This document shows positions 18,559 through 27,642 of a stretch of DNA of 64,000 nucleotides, one piece after another. Position 1 is the first letter of the stretch, and every line of letters begins with the position of its first letter. This stretch comes from a bacterium (GTDB lineage Bacteria > Desulfobacterota > DSWW01). The notes beneath the pieces are model-generated. The model was not told where the DNA came from and searched no databases. It worked only from the letters and a program-made list of their open reading frames with translations. The position numbers and the translations under genes were made by a program. Location of the stretch: NCBI GenBank assembly GCA_040756235.1, contig JBFLZG010000114.1:32001-96000 (forward strand), in the 5' to 3' direction.

Positions 18559-20178
18559 ATGCCGCCAACCTGCGAGCAACCGGAGCACCAGCTCGATAAG
18601 ATCATGAAGGAGAACCGCCTGGCTCTGACCGAGCTCGAGAATTGCCGGCGCGAACAAGCCGAGCTGAGAGCCGCCAAGGGTCTTGCGGAGGATGTCGTCC
18701 GGGGCCTCCCTGGGATTTTTTGCCTCCTGGACAGACAAGGGAGGTTCGTACGATGGAACCGGAACTGCGAGGAATTGGGGGAGTATTCCGCCGAAGAAAT
18801 CGCCGGGATGACCGCACTGGACTACTTCGAAGGGGAAGACAAAACGAAGGCAGCCAAGGCCGTCGAGCAGGTTTTCAACCAAGGCAGGACCTTCGTCGAG
18901 CTGGATGTCGTTACCAAGACCGGGAAAAAGATCCGGACGTCTTTCAAAGGAGTGCAAGCGCTCGTCCAGGGGGTCCCGTACCTGATCGGGATCGGAATGG
19001 AGATGGGGGAAGGCAGGGAGGCGGTGAGGGTCATCAAGGCTAGCGAGGAGAAGCTCGCCGAGATCCTGCAACCGGTCGCCGATTACATGTTCATCCTGGA
19101 TGAGGACCTGACCATCGTCTGGTCCAAGCCGACGGCAAACACTTTCTTCGGCCAGGATCTCGTCGGCAGGACCTGCCATGAGGCCCTTCGCAGGCGCCCC
19201 GAACGCTGCGAGCCCTGCATCGTCAAGAAGGCCTTCGCCGAAGGCAAATACCACATCGAATACGAAAACCAGCTGATCGGGACGGACGGCACCCGGCTGG
19301 ACTTCTGGATCATGGTCAGCGTGCTCACGAGACACCCGGACGGCAGCCCGAAGATGTTCTTCGGGACCTGCCGTGACATCACGGAAAAGAAGGCGCTGGA
19401 GGCCGAAGCCATGCGGGCGAGCCGGCTGGCCTCGATCGGGGAGCTGGCCGCCGGCGTGGCGCACGAGATCAACAACCCGATCAACGGGATCATCAACTAT
19501 GCCCAGATCCTGATGGATCAGAACGAGGAGGAGGGGAGAGCGGACGAAACCCCTGCCAGGATCATGAAGGAGGCCGAAAGAGTCGCCAAAATCGTCAGGA
19601 ATCTCCTCTCCTTCGCGCGGAAACAAGCGGAAGGGCGAGGTCCCGCTCGAGTCCAGAGCATCTTGGGCGACGCGCTGGACCTCATGAAACGAGAGGTCCG
19701 CAAAGACGGGATTCACCTGATCCTCGATCTCCCCGCCGATCTCCCGGAGATCAGGGCCCAGGCACAACAGATCCAGCAGGTATTTCTCAACGTTCTCAGC
19801 AATGCCCGGTACGCGCTGAACAAGAGATACCCTATTTCACACGAGGACAAGGTCCTCGAGATTCGCGGAGAGCTTGCGCAGAGCAAAGGACAGGAATGGG
19901 TCCGCACGGTGTTTCGCGATCGCGGTATCGGTATCCCGGAGAATGTCTTGGACAAGGTCTGCGACCCGTTCTTCTCGACAAAACCACGAGGCGAGGGGAC
20001 GGGGCTGGGCCTGAGCGTGAGTTACGGCATCGTGAGAGATCATGAGGGCAGTCTCCAGATCAACAGCGTTGAAGGGAGCTACACCGAGGTCCTGATCGAC
20101 CTCCCGGTGCACCCACAAGGGCAACCGAACTGTCGAAACTGGCTGGGGCATGAAGAAGAGAATACTGGTCATCGATGA
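18559..20178 (+). CDS. Cytoplasmic PAS-PAS sensor histidine kinase
   Basis: Start inferred after GGAGG at 18559. Two PAS-like domains, H-box AHEINNPI, N-box NVLSNARYA, DRGIGI, FFSTK, GTGLGL. No TM segment. Confidence 0.9.
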   Translation: MPPTCEQPEHQLDKIMKENRLALTELENCRREQAELRAAKGLAEDVVRGLPGIFCLLDRQGRFVRWNRNCEELGEYSAEEIAGMTALDYFEGEDKTKAAKAVEQVFNQGRTFVELDVVTKTGKKIRTSFKGVQALVQGVPYLIGIGMEMGEGREAVRVIKASEEKLAEILQPVADYMFILDEDLTIVWSKPTANTFFGQDLVGRTCHEALRRRPERCEPCIVKKAFAEGKYHIEYENQLIGTDGTRLDFWIMVSVLTRHPDGSPKMFFGTCRDITEKKALEAEAMRASRLASIGELAAGVAHEINNPINGIINYAQILMDQNEEEGRADETPARIMKEAERVAKIVRNLLSFARKQAEGRGPARVQSILGDALDLMKREVRKDGIHLILDLPADLPEIRAQAQQIQQVFLNVLSNARYALNKRYPISHEDKVLEIRGELAQSKGQEWVRTVFRDRGIGIPENVLDKVCDPFFSTKPRGEGTGLGLSVSYGIVRDHEGSLQINSVEGSYTEVLIDLPVHPQGQPNCRNWLGHEEENTGHR

Positions 20179-21883
20179 CGAGGAAAGCATCCGGCTGACC
20201 TTCGCATACTTCCTGTCCAAGGAAGGCCACGAGGTCGTCACGGTCACGGATTATCCTTCTGCGCTGGAGCGGATTTCCAGGGCCGACATCGACCTGATCT
20301 TCGCCGACATCCTCCTGGGGGGCCGGACCGGCCTGGACATCCTTCGAGAGGTCAAGAGCCGCGACCTGCGGTGTCCGGTGATCATCATCACGGGCGAGCC
20401 CACCCTGGAGAGCGCGGCGCAAGCGGTCCGGCTGGGGGCCTTTGACTATCTCGTGAAGCCGGTGCGGAAGACGACCTTGCTGCGCGCTGCGCGCTTGGGA
20501 CTGAACCAGAAGGCCCTGTGCGATGAGAAGGACCAGATCGAGGCCGAGAAGGAGAGATTTCGGTCGAACCTGGAGGCGATCTTCCGCAGTGTGAACGATG
20601 CCATCGTTACGGTAGACACCGACATGCACGTCATCGCCGCAAACGAAGCGACACAAAGGATATGCGGTGTCCGGCCTGGAGGGATCCTCGGGAGGGAATT
20701 CAATCAGGCGATCTGTGACTGTCGAAGACCTTGTCACGAGGTGCTGCGGGAGGTGCTGAAGAACCGGAACACGATCCAGGAATACCGGGCCGAATGCAGG
20801 CACCATGAGGGGCGGGAACAGGTGGTCGTGCTCACCAGCTCTCCGCTGCTGGACCGCCAAGGGACCTTCATGGGCGCCGTCCTCGTCATCCGGGACATCA
20901 CCAAGCTCAACAGCCTGGAGCGGGAGCTGAGAGAGCGCCACCAGTTTCACAAGATTTTCGGCAAGAGCGCGAAGATGCAGGAAATCTACGGCCTGCTCGA
21001 AGACCTCGCCGACATCGAGACCACGGTCCTCATCACGGGTGAGAGCGGCACCGGCAAGGAGATGGTGGCCAAGGCCCTCCATTACTCCGGGGCGCGCAGC
21101 TCCAAGCCCCTGGTGATCGTAAACTGCTCGGCCCTGGCTGAGAATGTCCTCGAAAGCGAGCTGTTCGGGCACGTGAAGGGGGCCTTTACGGGAGCGGTGC
21201 GAGACCGCAAAGGGCGATTCCAGACCGCGGACGGCGGGACGATCGTGCTCGACGAGATCGGCGATATCTCTCCGGCTATACAGCTCAAGCTGTTACGGGT
21301 CCTCCAGGAAAAGGAGTTCGAAAAAGTAGGTGAATCCGCTCCGCGAAAGGTGGACGTGCGCGTCATCGCCATCACGAATCAGGACCTGCGCGAGAAGGTG
21401 GAGGCGGGACAGTTCAGGAAAGATCTCTACTACCGTCTCAAGGTCATGGAGGTCAGCCTGCCGCCCCTGCGCGAAAGGCTGGAAGACATACCCCTTCTTA
21501 CGGACCACTTCGTGGGCGTGTTCAACTCGGGCTTCAGAAAATCCATCGAGCGGGTGTCCGAGGATGTCCTGAAAGTCTTCATGAGCTACTCCTGGCCGGG
21601 CAACGTGCGTGAGTTGAGGCACGCCATGGAATGCGCCTTCGTCCTCTGCCACGGCGATACGATTCGGCTGGACCATCTGCCTGCGGAGATCAAGGCCTTC
21701 ACCCCATCCGAGCAGACTTCCCCTGAAAGAAAGGCTTCCCCGCAGGCAGAGGATATCCTATCCGCTCTCGAGAAAACCCGGTGGAACAAGTCCAAGGCCG
21801 CCAGTCTGCTGGGGATCAGTCGCCGGACCCTCTACCGGAAGATCGCCCCGAACGGAGCCTCGGGCCCTGCCGAGGAGGTGTGA
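20150..21883 (+). CDS. Sigma54-dependent response regulator (REC-PAS-AAA+-HTH)
   Basis: ILVIDDE, phospho-acceptor FADILL, GESGTGKE, GAFTGA, LDEIG, WPGNVREL, Fis-type HTH WNKSKAASLLGISRRTLYRK. Confidence 0.93.
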   Translation: MKKRILVIDDEESIRLTFAYFLSKEGHEVVTVTDYPSALERISRADIDLIFADILLGGRTGLDILREVKSRDLRCPVIIITGEPTLESAAQAVRLGAFDYLVKPVRKTTLLRAARLGLNQKALCDEKDQIEAEKERFRSNLEAIFRSVNDAIVTVDTDMHVIAANEATQRICGVRPGGILGREFNQAICDCRRPCHEVLREVLKNRNTIQEYRAECRHHEGREQVVVLTSSPLLDRQGTFMGAVLVIRDITKLNSLERELRERHQFHKIFGKSAKMQEIYGLLEDLADIETTVLITGESGTGKEMVAKALHYSGARSSKPLVIVNCSALAENVLESELFGHVKGAFTGAVRDRKGRFQTADGGTIVLDEIGDISPAIQLKLLRVLQEKEFEKVGESAPRKVDVRVIAITNQDLREKVEAGQFRKDLYYRLKVMEVSLPPLRERLEDIPLLTDHFVGVFNSGFRKSIERVSEDVLKVFMSYSWPGNVRELRHAMECAFVLCHGDTIRLDHLPAEIKAFTPSEQTSPERKASPQAEDILSALEKTRWNKSKAASLLGISRRTLYRKIAPNGASGPAEEV

Positions 21884-21918
21884 CATGTCACACTTTGTGC
21901 CAACCGCTTCCTGGGACA
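21878..21918. promoter_or_regulatory. Candidate upstream activator (enhancer) sites
   Basis: Perfect 16-bp palindrome GTGTGACATGTCACAC (21878-21893) and TGTGCCA-N9-TGGGACA (21896-21918), about 110-150 bp upstream of the -24/-12 element. Confidence 0.5.
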
Positions 21919-22023
21919 GTCACGCCCTCTTGAGTCCGTGATCGGACCTCGGAACAGCCTCTCCTTTCTCTCTCCATTCCGTAACCACCCACAAAGCCTA
22001 TATTCCTCTCGGATGCGTAGCCC

Positions 22024-22040
22024 CTGGCACGACCTTTGAT
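22024..22040 (+). promoter_or_regulatory. Sigma54 (-24/-12) promoter
   Basis: CTGGCACGACCTTTGAT against consensus TGGCACG-N4-TTGC(A/T), with GA in place of GC at -12. Sits between a bEBP gene and the operon. Confidence 0.65.
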
Positions 22041-22134
22041 AGGAAGGTGACCGGGGGCGAGGCGTTCAGCCGTTCATGGGAAACCGAATCCGGCGAACGA
22101 GCCGGGTCCCGGGTGAAGGCACTCTGAGGGTGCG

Positions 22135-22521
22135 ATGGTGACAGTGAAAGAAGCTCAGACGTTCAAGGGGATGTTCACCTGGATCGACCCGGACAACTTC
22201 GCATCCGAAGTCCTCGACGAGCGCCGGCCCGTGCTCCTGTCCTGCGTGCGCGTGGAGGACGGGTTTCAGGAGCAGCTAACCATTCTCAAGAGCCTGTCCG
22301 AGGCTTACGCAGGCGCATTGAAGATCTGCCTCCTCAAGGAGGATTTCCTGGCAGCGTTTCACGAAAAGCTGGGAGTGATCGGGACTCCGACGTTCATCGT
22401 CCTCAAAGGAGGGATGAAGGTAGGCAGGATACTGGGCCAGGTTAACGAGAACAGGCTCGCCGCGTTCCTGGCGCGGTCCCTGCCGGAGCTGGAGGGTGCT
22501 TTCGGGCGAACAGACGAATGA
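22135..22521 (+). CDS. Thioredoxin-fold protein lacking CxxC
   Basis: NFASEVLDERRPVLL and VIGTPTFIVLKGG..VGRILG thioredoxin pattern. The active-site region reads SCVRVED. Confidence 0.7.
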   Translation: MVTVKEAQTFKGMFTWIDPDNFASEVLDERRPVLLSCVRVEDGFQEQLTILKSLSEAYAGALKICLLKEDFLAAFHEKLGVIGTPTFIVLKGGMKVGRILGQVNENRLAAFLARSLPELEGAFGRTDE

Positions 22522-22556
22522 CTTCTCTGCAACGCATGGATGAAGGAGGGGAAAAC

Positions 22557-23717
22557 ATGGGACCTGCGCGACCTGCCGGAGAAAAGGTCGGGAGTGCTCT
22601 GGAAGAGCTCACATCCTTGCCCCTGCGGCTGGAGAACCCGTATATCCGTGACTGGAAGAGGACGGGCAAGGTGTTCGGCTTCATGTGCAGCTATGTGCCC
22701 GAGGAGCTCCTCTATGCTGAAAAAGGGCTGATTCTGCCGGTCCGGGTCGGCGCGGCCGGCTGCACGAGCACCGATGAAGGCGACATTTACCTCCACAGGT
22801 TCAACTGCTCCTACGCCCGCTGCCTCCTTCAGCTCGGTCTGACCGGCGCATACGATTTCCTGGACGGCTTTGTCTTCATGAACGGCTGTGAACAGCTCCG
22901 CAGGGTCTACGAGATCTGGCGGGACAAGGTGAAGCCTTCGTTTGTCGGCATGATCTCGGTCCCCCACACGACCGCGGGCGAGGCCCGCTTCCAGTGGTAC
23001 CTGGACGACCTCGTGAAGCTGCGCGAGGAGATCGCAACCCGGTACGGGCTCTCGCCATCCGGCGCGGACCTGAGGGCAGCCATCCGGCACTACAACCGCT
23101 TCCGGAGGCTCATGGGAGATCTCTACAACCTGAGAGCTCAGAAGGCCCCTCCGGTGAGCGGCGCAGAAGCCATGAAGATCGCCAACGCAGCCTATGCCAT
23201 GCCCAAAGAGGCCTTCAACGACAAGCTGGAGCGGGCCGTCGGAGAGCTTCGGCAGAGGCCGGGGATCTCGAGCTACCGCGCCAGGATCATGGTCTGCGGG
23301 AGCTACATGGACGACACCTTCCTGATCGAGCTGATCGAGAGCACGGGAGCCCTCGTGGTGACCGACAACCTTTGCTTCGGCAGGAGGCACATCGAGGGTC
23401 TGGTGGAGGAAGACGGCGATCCTCTGATCGCCGTCGCCAGGCGATACTTCTTTCACAACCCCTGCCCCCGGATGCTGGGGACCTACCAGGAGCGGCTGGA
23501 GACGACGAAGAGGCTGGCTCGGGAGGCGGCCGTGGACGGCGTCATCTTCCAGCGGATCCCCTTCTGCGACACGCACGGCGCGGAGTCCCCGATGCTCGCC
23601 CCGGATCTGGAGAAAGCCGGTATCCCCACCTTGATCCTGGACCGGGAGTACATCCCTTCTGATCAGGGCCGGTTGAAGACCCGGATACAAGCCTTTCTCG
23701 AGAAGATGGGCAAGTAG
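22557..23717 (+). CDS. 2-hydroxyacyl-CoA dehydratase / class I benzoyl-CoA reductase family Fe-S subunit (BcrC/BzdN/HgdB- or DCCP-like)
   Basis: FGFMCSYVPEE, NCSYAR, GCEQLRR, NLCFGRR, NPCPRM, VDGVIF..PFCDTH, GRLKTRIQAFLE. RBS AAGGAGG before 22557; alternative start at 22518. Confidence 0.88.
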   Translation: MGPARPAGEKVGSALEELTSLPLRLENPYIRDWKRTGKVFGFMCSYVPEELLYAEKGLILPVRVGAAGCTSTDEGDIYLHRFNCSYARCLLQLGLTGAYDFLDGFVFMNGCEQLRRVYEIWRDKVKPSFVGMISVPHTTAGEARFQWYLDDLVKLREEIATRYGLSPSGADLRAAIRHYNRFRRLMGDLYNLRAQKAPPVSGAEAMKIANAAYAMPKEAFNDKLERAVGELRQRPGISSYRARIMVCGSYMDDTFLIELIESTGALVVTDNLCFGRRHIEGLVEEDGDPLIAVARRYFFHNPCPRMLGTYQERLETTKRLAREAAVDGVIFQRIPFCDTHGAESPMLAPDLEKAGIPTLILDREYIPSDQGRLKTRIQAFLEKMGK

Positions 23718-23779
23718 AGGGAAAAGCGATCGCCCGTTCTACCGAACCCCTGAAAGCCGAGTGAAGGAGGATCCCCTAC

Positions 23780-25180
23780 ATGGAAACGAGCCGCACCCGA
23801 TATGAGTGGCTGAGGAAGATGGATGCAACGGCAGACCTGGTCGGCGGTGTTCTTTCCACCGGCGCCACGAGTCCGGACCAGCTGGACTTCCCGGCGCTCC
23901 TCAGCCAGGTGCCCGAGTATCACGCCTCCCTGGTGCCCCAGATCTGGCCGGACGTCCTCGCTGCCGCCATGAAACCCAAGAACTCCGGAGCGGTGCGGAC
24001 GTGCGTCCACGCCGTTCAGAAATACCTGAACGACATCTTCCAGAAAATGGACGAGGGCAAGCCCGTCGTGTACCACTACTTTCTCATGACGCCGGAGATC
24101 TTCCTGGGCATGGACATGGCGCCCATCTGCTACGAGATCTTTCCCGCTCTTCTGTGCGCCCTGTTCCAGAAAGGCGTGGAGGAAGAAATCGACTTCATCG
24201 AAGAGAAGGGATTTCCCGGGCACCTCTGCTCCGCCCAGAAGAGTGCGAACGGCGCTTTCGAGCTCGGCAGGATGCCCTTGCCGACCGTCATGGTGAAGCA
24301 CGGGACACCCTGCGACCCGAGCAACATGATGTATCAGTACGTCATGGAGAAATTCAAAGTGCCGATGCTGGTCGTGGATTCGCCCTACTACACGAACCAG
24401 CGGGCCTTCCGCTACTACCTGGACGAGTGGAAGCGGATGATTGAGCAACTCCAGAAGATCACGGGGCATACCCTGGACGAGGATCGACTCCGCAAGCACG
24501 TGCAGTGGGGGAACAAGCAGCTTGAGCACCTGTACGCGCTCCAGATGCTGCGGCGGGCCGTGCCCAATCCGGACCCGGGGATGCACCGCCCCCTGGACAC
24601 GGCGGCCCTGTTCCTCTGCGGGACCGTGCCCGAGATGATCGATTACGTCAAGACCTGCCGGGACGAAGCCCAGGCCCGTCACGATCAGGGGAAGAGCTTC
24701 CTTCCCGAAGGGAGAAAGGAAGTCCGGACGCTGTGGAGCTGGGCCTGGACGGGCCACTACCTCTCCATGTACGACTGGCTCGAGGAAGAGTTCGGCATGA
24801 CCTACCTCGAATGCGGGCTGACCATGCTGCCGGGGGACGTCGTCGGATTCGTGAACACCTCGAGCGTGGAGTCCATGATCGAGGGGCTTGCCTGGAGATC
24901 CTTCAACATGCCGATGGCCCGGCAGGTCTTCAGTTTCTCCGACATCTGGATCAACGACTTCGTCGGTGTGGCCAAGTCCTATCATGCGGACGCGGCCGTC
25001 TTCTCGGGCCACATGGCCTGCAAGCACGCATGGGCGTTGAACAAGCTGCTCAGCGACGCGCTCCAGGAGCAGGCGGGGATTCCGTCCTTCCGCTGGGAAG
25101 TGGACATCATCGACAAGCGCTTCACCCCGCACGAAGCGGCCAAGACCATGTTGACCGAGTTCTTCAGCACGCTGACCTGA
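23780..25180 (+). CDS. 2-hydroxyacyl-CoA dehydratase / class I benzoyl-CoA reductase family Fe-S subunit (BcrB/BzdO/HgdA-like)
   Basis: TPEIFLGMD, GHLCSAQK, TPCDPSN, ADAAVFSGHMACKH, GIPS...EVDIIDKR. Confidence 0.85.
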   Translation: METSRTRYEWLRKMDATADLVGGVLSTGATSPDQLDFPALLSQVPEYHASLVPQIWPDVLAAAMKPKNSGAVRTCVHAVQKYLNDIFQKMDEGKPVVYHYFLMTPEIFLGMDMAPICYEIFPALLCALFQKGVEEEIDFIEEKGFPGHLCSAQKSANGAFELGRMPLPTVMVKHGTPCDPSNMMYQYVMEKFKVPMLVVDSPYYTNQRAFRYYLDEWKRMIEQLQKITGHTLDEDRLRKHVQWGNKQLEHLYALQMLRRAVPNPDPGMHRPLDTAALFLCGTVPEMIDYVKTCRDEAQARHDQGKSFLPEGRKEVRTLWSWAWTGHYLSMYDWLEEEFGMTYLECGLTMLPGDVVGFVNTSSVESMIEGLAWRSFNMPMARQVFSFSDIWINDFVGVAKSYHADAAVFSGHMACKHAWALNKLLSDALQEQAGIPSFRWEVDIIDKRFTPHEAAKTMLTEFFSTLT

Positions 25181-25224
25181 TAGACGCCGAGCCAAGCACC
25201 CGAAGGAAGCTGGAGAAGGAAGAC

Positions 25225-25998
25225 ATGATCCTGGGATGTGACGTGGGGACGGCTTCCAGCAAAGCGGTCCTCATGGAGGGCAGATCCATCCGGTACTTCA
25301 CCTCCACGCCCACGCAGGCCAATCCGGATCAGGCGATGCGTCGGATCCTGCAAGACCTCCGGCAGCAGCAACAACTCGGGCCCGAGGACCTCGAGGAGAT
25401 CCGCATCACGGGGTGGGGTCAGGACAAGGTCTCGCTCGCCCATGTCGGGCAGCCGCTGATGAATTGCCTGGGGAGGGCGGCGGTCTGGGCTGTTCCGACC
25501 TGCCGGAGCGTCCTCTGCCTGGGGTGCCAGCAGAGCGTCGTCCTCTCCGTCAATCCTGGCGGAAGAGTCCTGGAGTTTCGGGCGAACGACAAGTGTGCCG
25601 CGGGGGCGGGACGATTTCTGGAGGTGATATCCGCGGCCCTGGAGATCGATGCCGTGCGCAGCTCGGAGGTGGCCGGAGGGGCCGACAAGGAGCTCAACAT
25701 GAGCAGCCAATGCGCCGTGTTCGCCGAAAGCGAAGTGGTGAGCCTGGTGAACGCCGGGGAGTCGGTAGCGAATATCATGTCGGCCCTGCTGCATGCTCTG
25801 AGCCGGAGCGTTGCCACGCTGGCGAAAAGGATCACCCCGAGACCGGATTGCGTGGTCGCGGGCGGGCTGGCAGGCAATGAAACGCTCGTGGACTACCTCC
25901 AGAAGCGGCTGAAGATGAGGCTCAAGGTGTTTCCGCCGAGACCGGACCTGATTGCGGCGGTGGGTGCCGCTCTGCCTGCACAGGGAGCTCAAGGATGA
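25225..25998 (+). CDS. BadF/BadG/BcrA/BcrD (ASKHA) ATPase-family activase subunit, divergent
   Basis: Start MILGCDVGTASSK; ITGWG, NDKCAAGAGRFLE, SSQCAVFAESEV, AGGLAGN. Confidence 0.85.
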   Translation: MILGCDVGTASSKAVLMEGRSIRYFTSTPTQANPDQAMRRILQDLRQQQQLGPEDLEEIRITGWGQDKVSLAHVGQPLMNCLGRAAVWAVPTCRSVLCLGCQQSVVLSVNPGGRVLEFRANDKCAAGAGRFLEVISAALEIDAVRSSEVAGGADKELNMSSQCAVFAESEVVSLVNAGESVANIMSALLHALSRSVATLAKRITPRPDCVVAGGLAGNETLVDYLQKRLKMRLKVFPPRPDLIAAVGAALPAQGAQG

Positions 25999-26795
25999 TT
26001 TTTGCCGGCGTGGACGTCGGATCGCTGAGCGCCGAGGCGGTCCTCCTCGAAGACGACAACCTTCTTGCCTCGGAAACCATCGTGGTCAAGCCGAACCCGG
26101 TGGTCTCCGCGACCCTGGTCATGGACTCCGTGCTGGCGCAGGCCGGCCTGAAACCGACGGATGTGGCTTATTGCGTGAGCACCGGGTACGGAAGGGAGAG
26201 GATCCCGTTTGCCCAGCACAACCTTTCCGAGATCTCCTGCCACGGAAAAGGCGCCCACTGGGCGAATCCGGCCGTGCGCACGGTCATTGACGTGGGCGGG
26301 CAGGACTCCAAGGTGATCCGCATCGACAGCGCGGGCCACCTGTCGGACTTCATCATGAACGACAAATGCGCGGCAGGGACCGGCAGGTTCCTGGAAGGGA
26401 TCGCGAACACCCTGGGGGTGAAGATCTCCGAGTTGGGACCTCTGGCGTTGCGCGGGACAGACCCGATCCCCATCAGCAGCATTTGCACGGTCTTCACCCA
26501 GTTCGACGTCATGTGCTTCCTTGCCGAAGGCAGGAAGCGCGAAGACATCGCTCTGGGCGTCACGGATGCGCTGGCCCACCGCATCAACCGGCTGGTCAAC
26601 AGCGTGGGCGTCGAAGATGCGTTGTGCGTCACCGGAGGTGTGGCGAAGAACGCGTCGGTCCTGGTCGAGTTGGCCCGGGTTACGGGGCACAAGGTTCTCG
26701 ACGTGGGCGTGGACCCCCAGATCGTGGGAGCCTTGGGGGCCGCGTTGTTCGCTCGCGAGCGTTTCGCAAGACGAGGAGAAGAGGCGGAGGCGTGA
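25995..26795 (+). CDS. BadF/BadG/BcrA/BcrD (ASKHA) ATPase-family activase subunit
   Basis: GVDVGS, STGYGR, EISCHGKGA, IDVGGQDSK, NDKCAAGTGRFLE, SSICTVF, TGGVAKN, GALGAA. Confidence 0.92.
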   Translation: MIFAGVDVGSLSAEAVLLEDDNLLASETIVVKPNPVVSATLVMDSVLAQAGLKPTDVAYCVSTGYGRERIPFAQHNLSEISCHGKGAHWANPAVRTVIDVGGQDSKVIRIDSAGHLSDFIMNDKCAAGTGRFLEGIANTLGVKISELGPLALRGTDPIPISSICTVFTQFDVMCFLAEGRKREDIALGVTDALAHRINRLVNSVGVEDALCVTGGVAKNASVLVELARVTGHKVLDVGVDPQIVGALGAALFARERFARRGEEAEA

Positions 26796-26796
26796 G

Positions 26797-27582
26797 ATGA
26801 ATGCCGGATCGACCCCGGGGAAACGCTCGCTGATCGTCGTCGGTGGCAAGGGAGGTGTGGGCAAGACCGCCGTCTCCGCTGTTGCAGCGAAGCTTCTGGT
26901 CGAGCACGGCGTCAGACTCCTGGTCATCGACGCCGACCCCGTGATCAGCCTCGCCTACGCCCTCGGAGAAAGCCCCGGAGAAACGATCGGGGACCTCCGG
27001 GAGAGGGTCATCGAGGATCCTTCCGAAAAGAGGCAGCTCAGGGACAGACCGGTCAAGGACGCGCTCCGGGACCTCGTCCGAAGAAGCGCGCAGGGCTACG
27101 ACCTGCTCGTCATGGGGCGGGCCGAAGGTCCCGGATGCTTTTGCGGCCTGAACGAGCTGCTGCGCTACGGCATCGAGAGCCTGACGAAGGATTACGCGGT
27201 CTCTCTCGTGGATTGCGAGGCCGGGATCGAGCAGGTGAACCGCAGATCGGTGCACCGCATCGACAAACTGCTGCTCGTGACCGATACCTCCCGGCGGGGG
27301 CTGGAGGCAGTCCGAAAAGTGCGCGACATCGCGCGGAAGTACGACGACGGCGGATCTCTGGAGGACCTGTTGATCGTGAACCGGCTGGGCTGCGAGGAGG
27401 AAAAGGGACGGCTGCAGGCGCTCTTGGGATCTTCGGACCCGAAGGTGCTCGGCTGGCTGCCGGAAGACCCGAACATCCGGGAATTCAACTTGAGCGGGAG
27501 GCCCCTGATGGACCTGCCTTCTGATTCCCCATGTGTGGTCGCAGTGAAAGAAATTCTCAGGCGGATGGCTCTCATTGCATGA
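26797..27582 (+). CDS. cooC: CooC/AcsF-like MinD-type ATPase (nickel-insertion accessory family)
   Basis: Start MNAGSTPGKR; deviant Walker A GKGGVGKT, IDADP, LLVMGRAEGPGCFCGLN (CxC metal motif), DCEAGIE. Confidence 0.82.
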   Translation: MNAGSTPGKRSLIVVGGKGGVGKTAVSAVAAKLLVEHGVRLLVIDADPVISLAYALGESPGETIGDLRERVIEDPSEKRQLRDRPVKDALRDLVRRSAQGYDLLVMGRAEGPGCFCGLNELLRYGIESLTKDYAVSLVDCEAGIEQVNRRSVHRIDKLLLVTDTSRRGLEAVRKVRDIARKYDDGGSLEDLLIVNRLGCEEEKGRLQALLGSSDPKVLGWLPEDPNIREFNLSGRPLMDLPSDSPCVVAVKEILRRMALIA

Positions 27583-27642
27583 TCTGATCGGTCGCCTCAT
27601 GCAGGACGGTCGCGCGAAACCATAGCTAAAGGGGGGCAAGAG

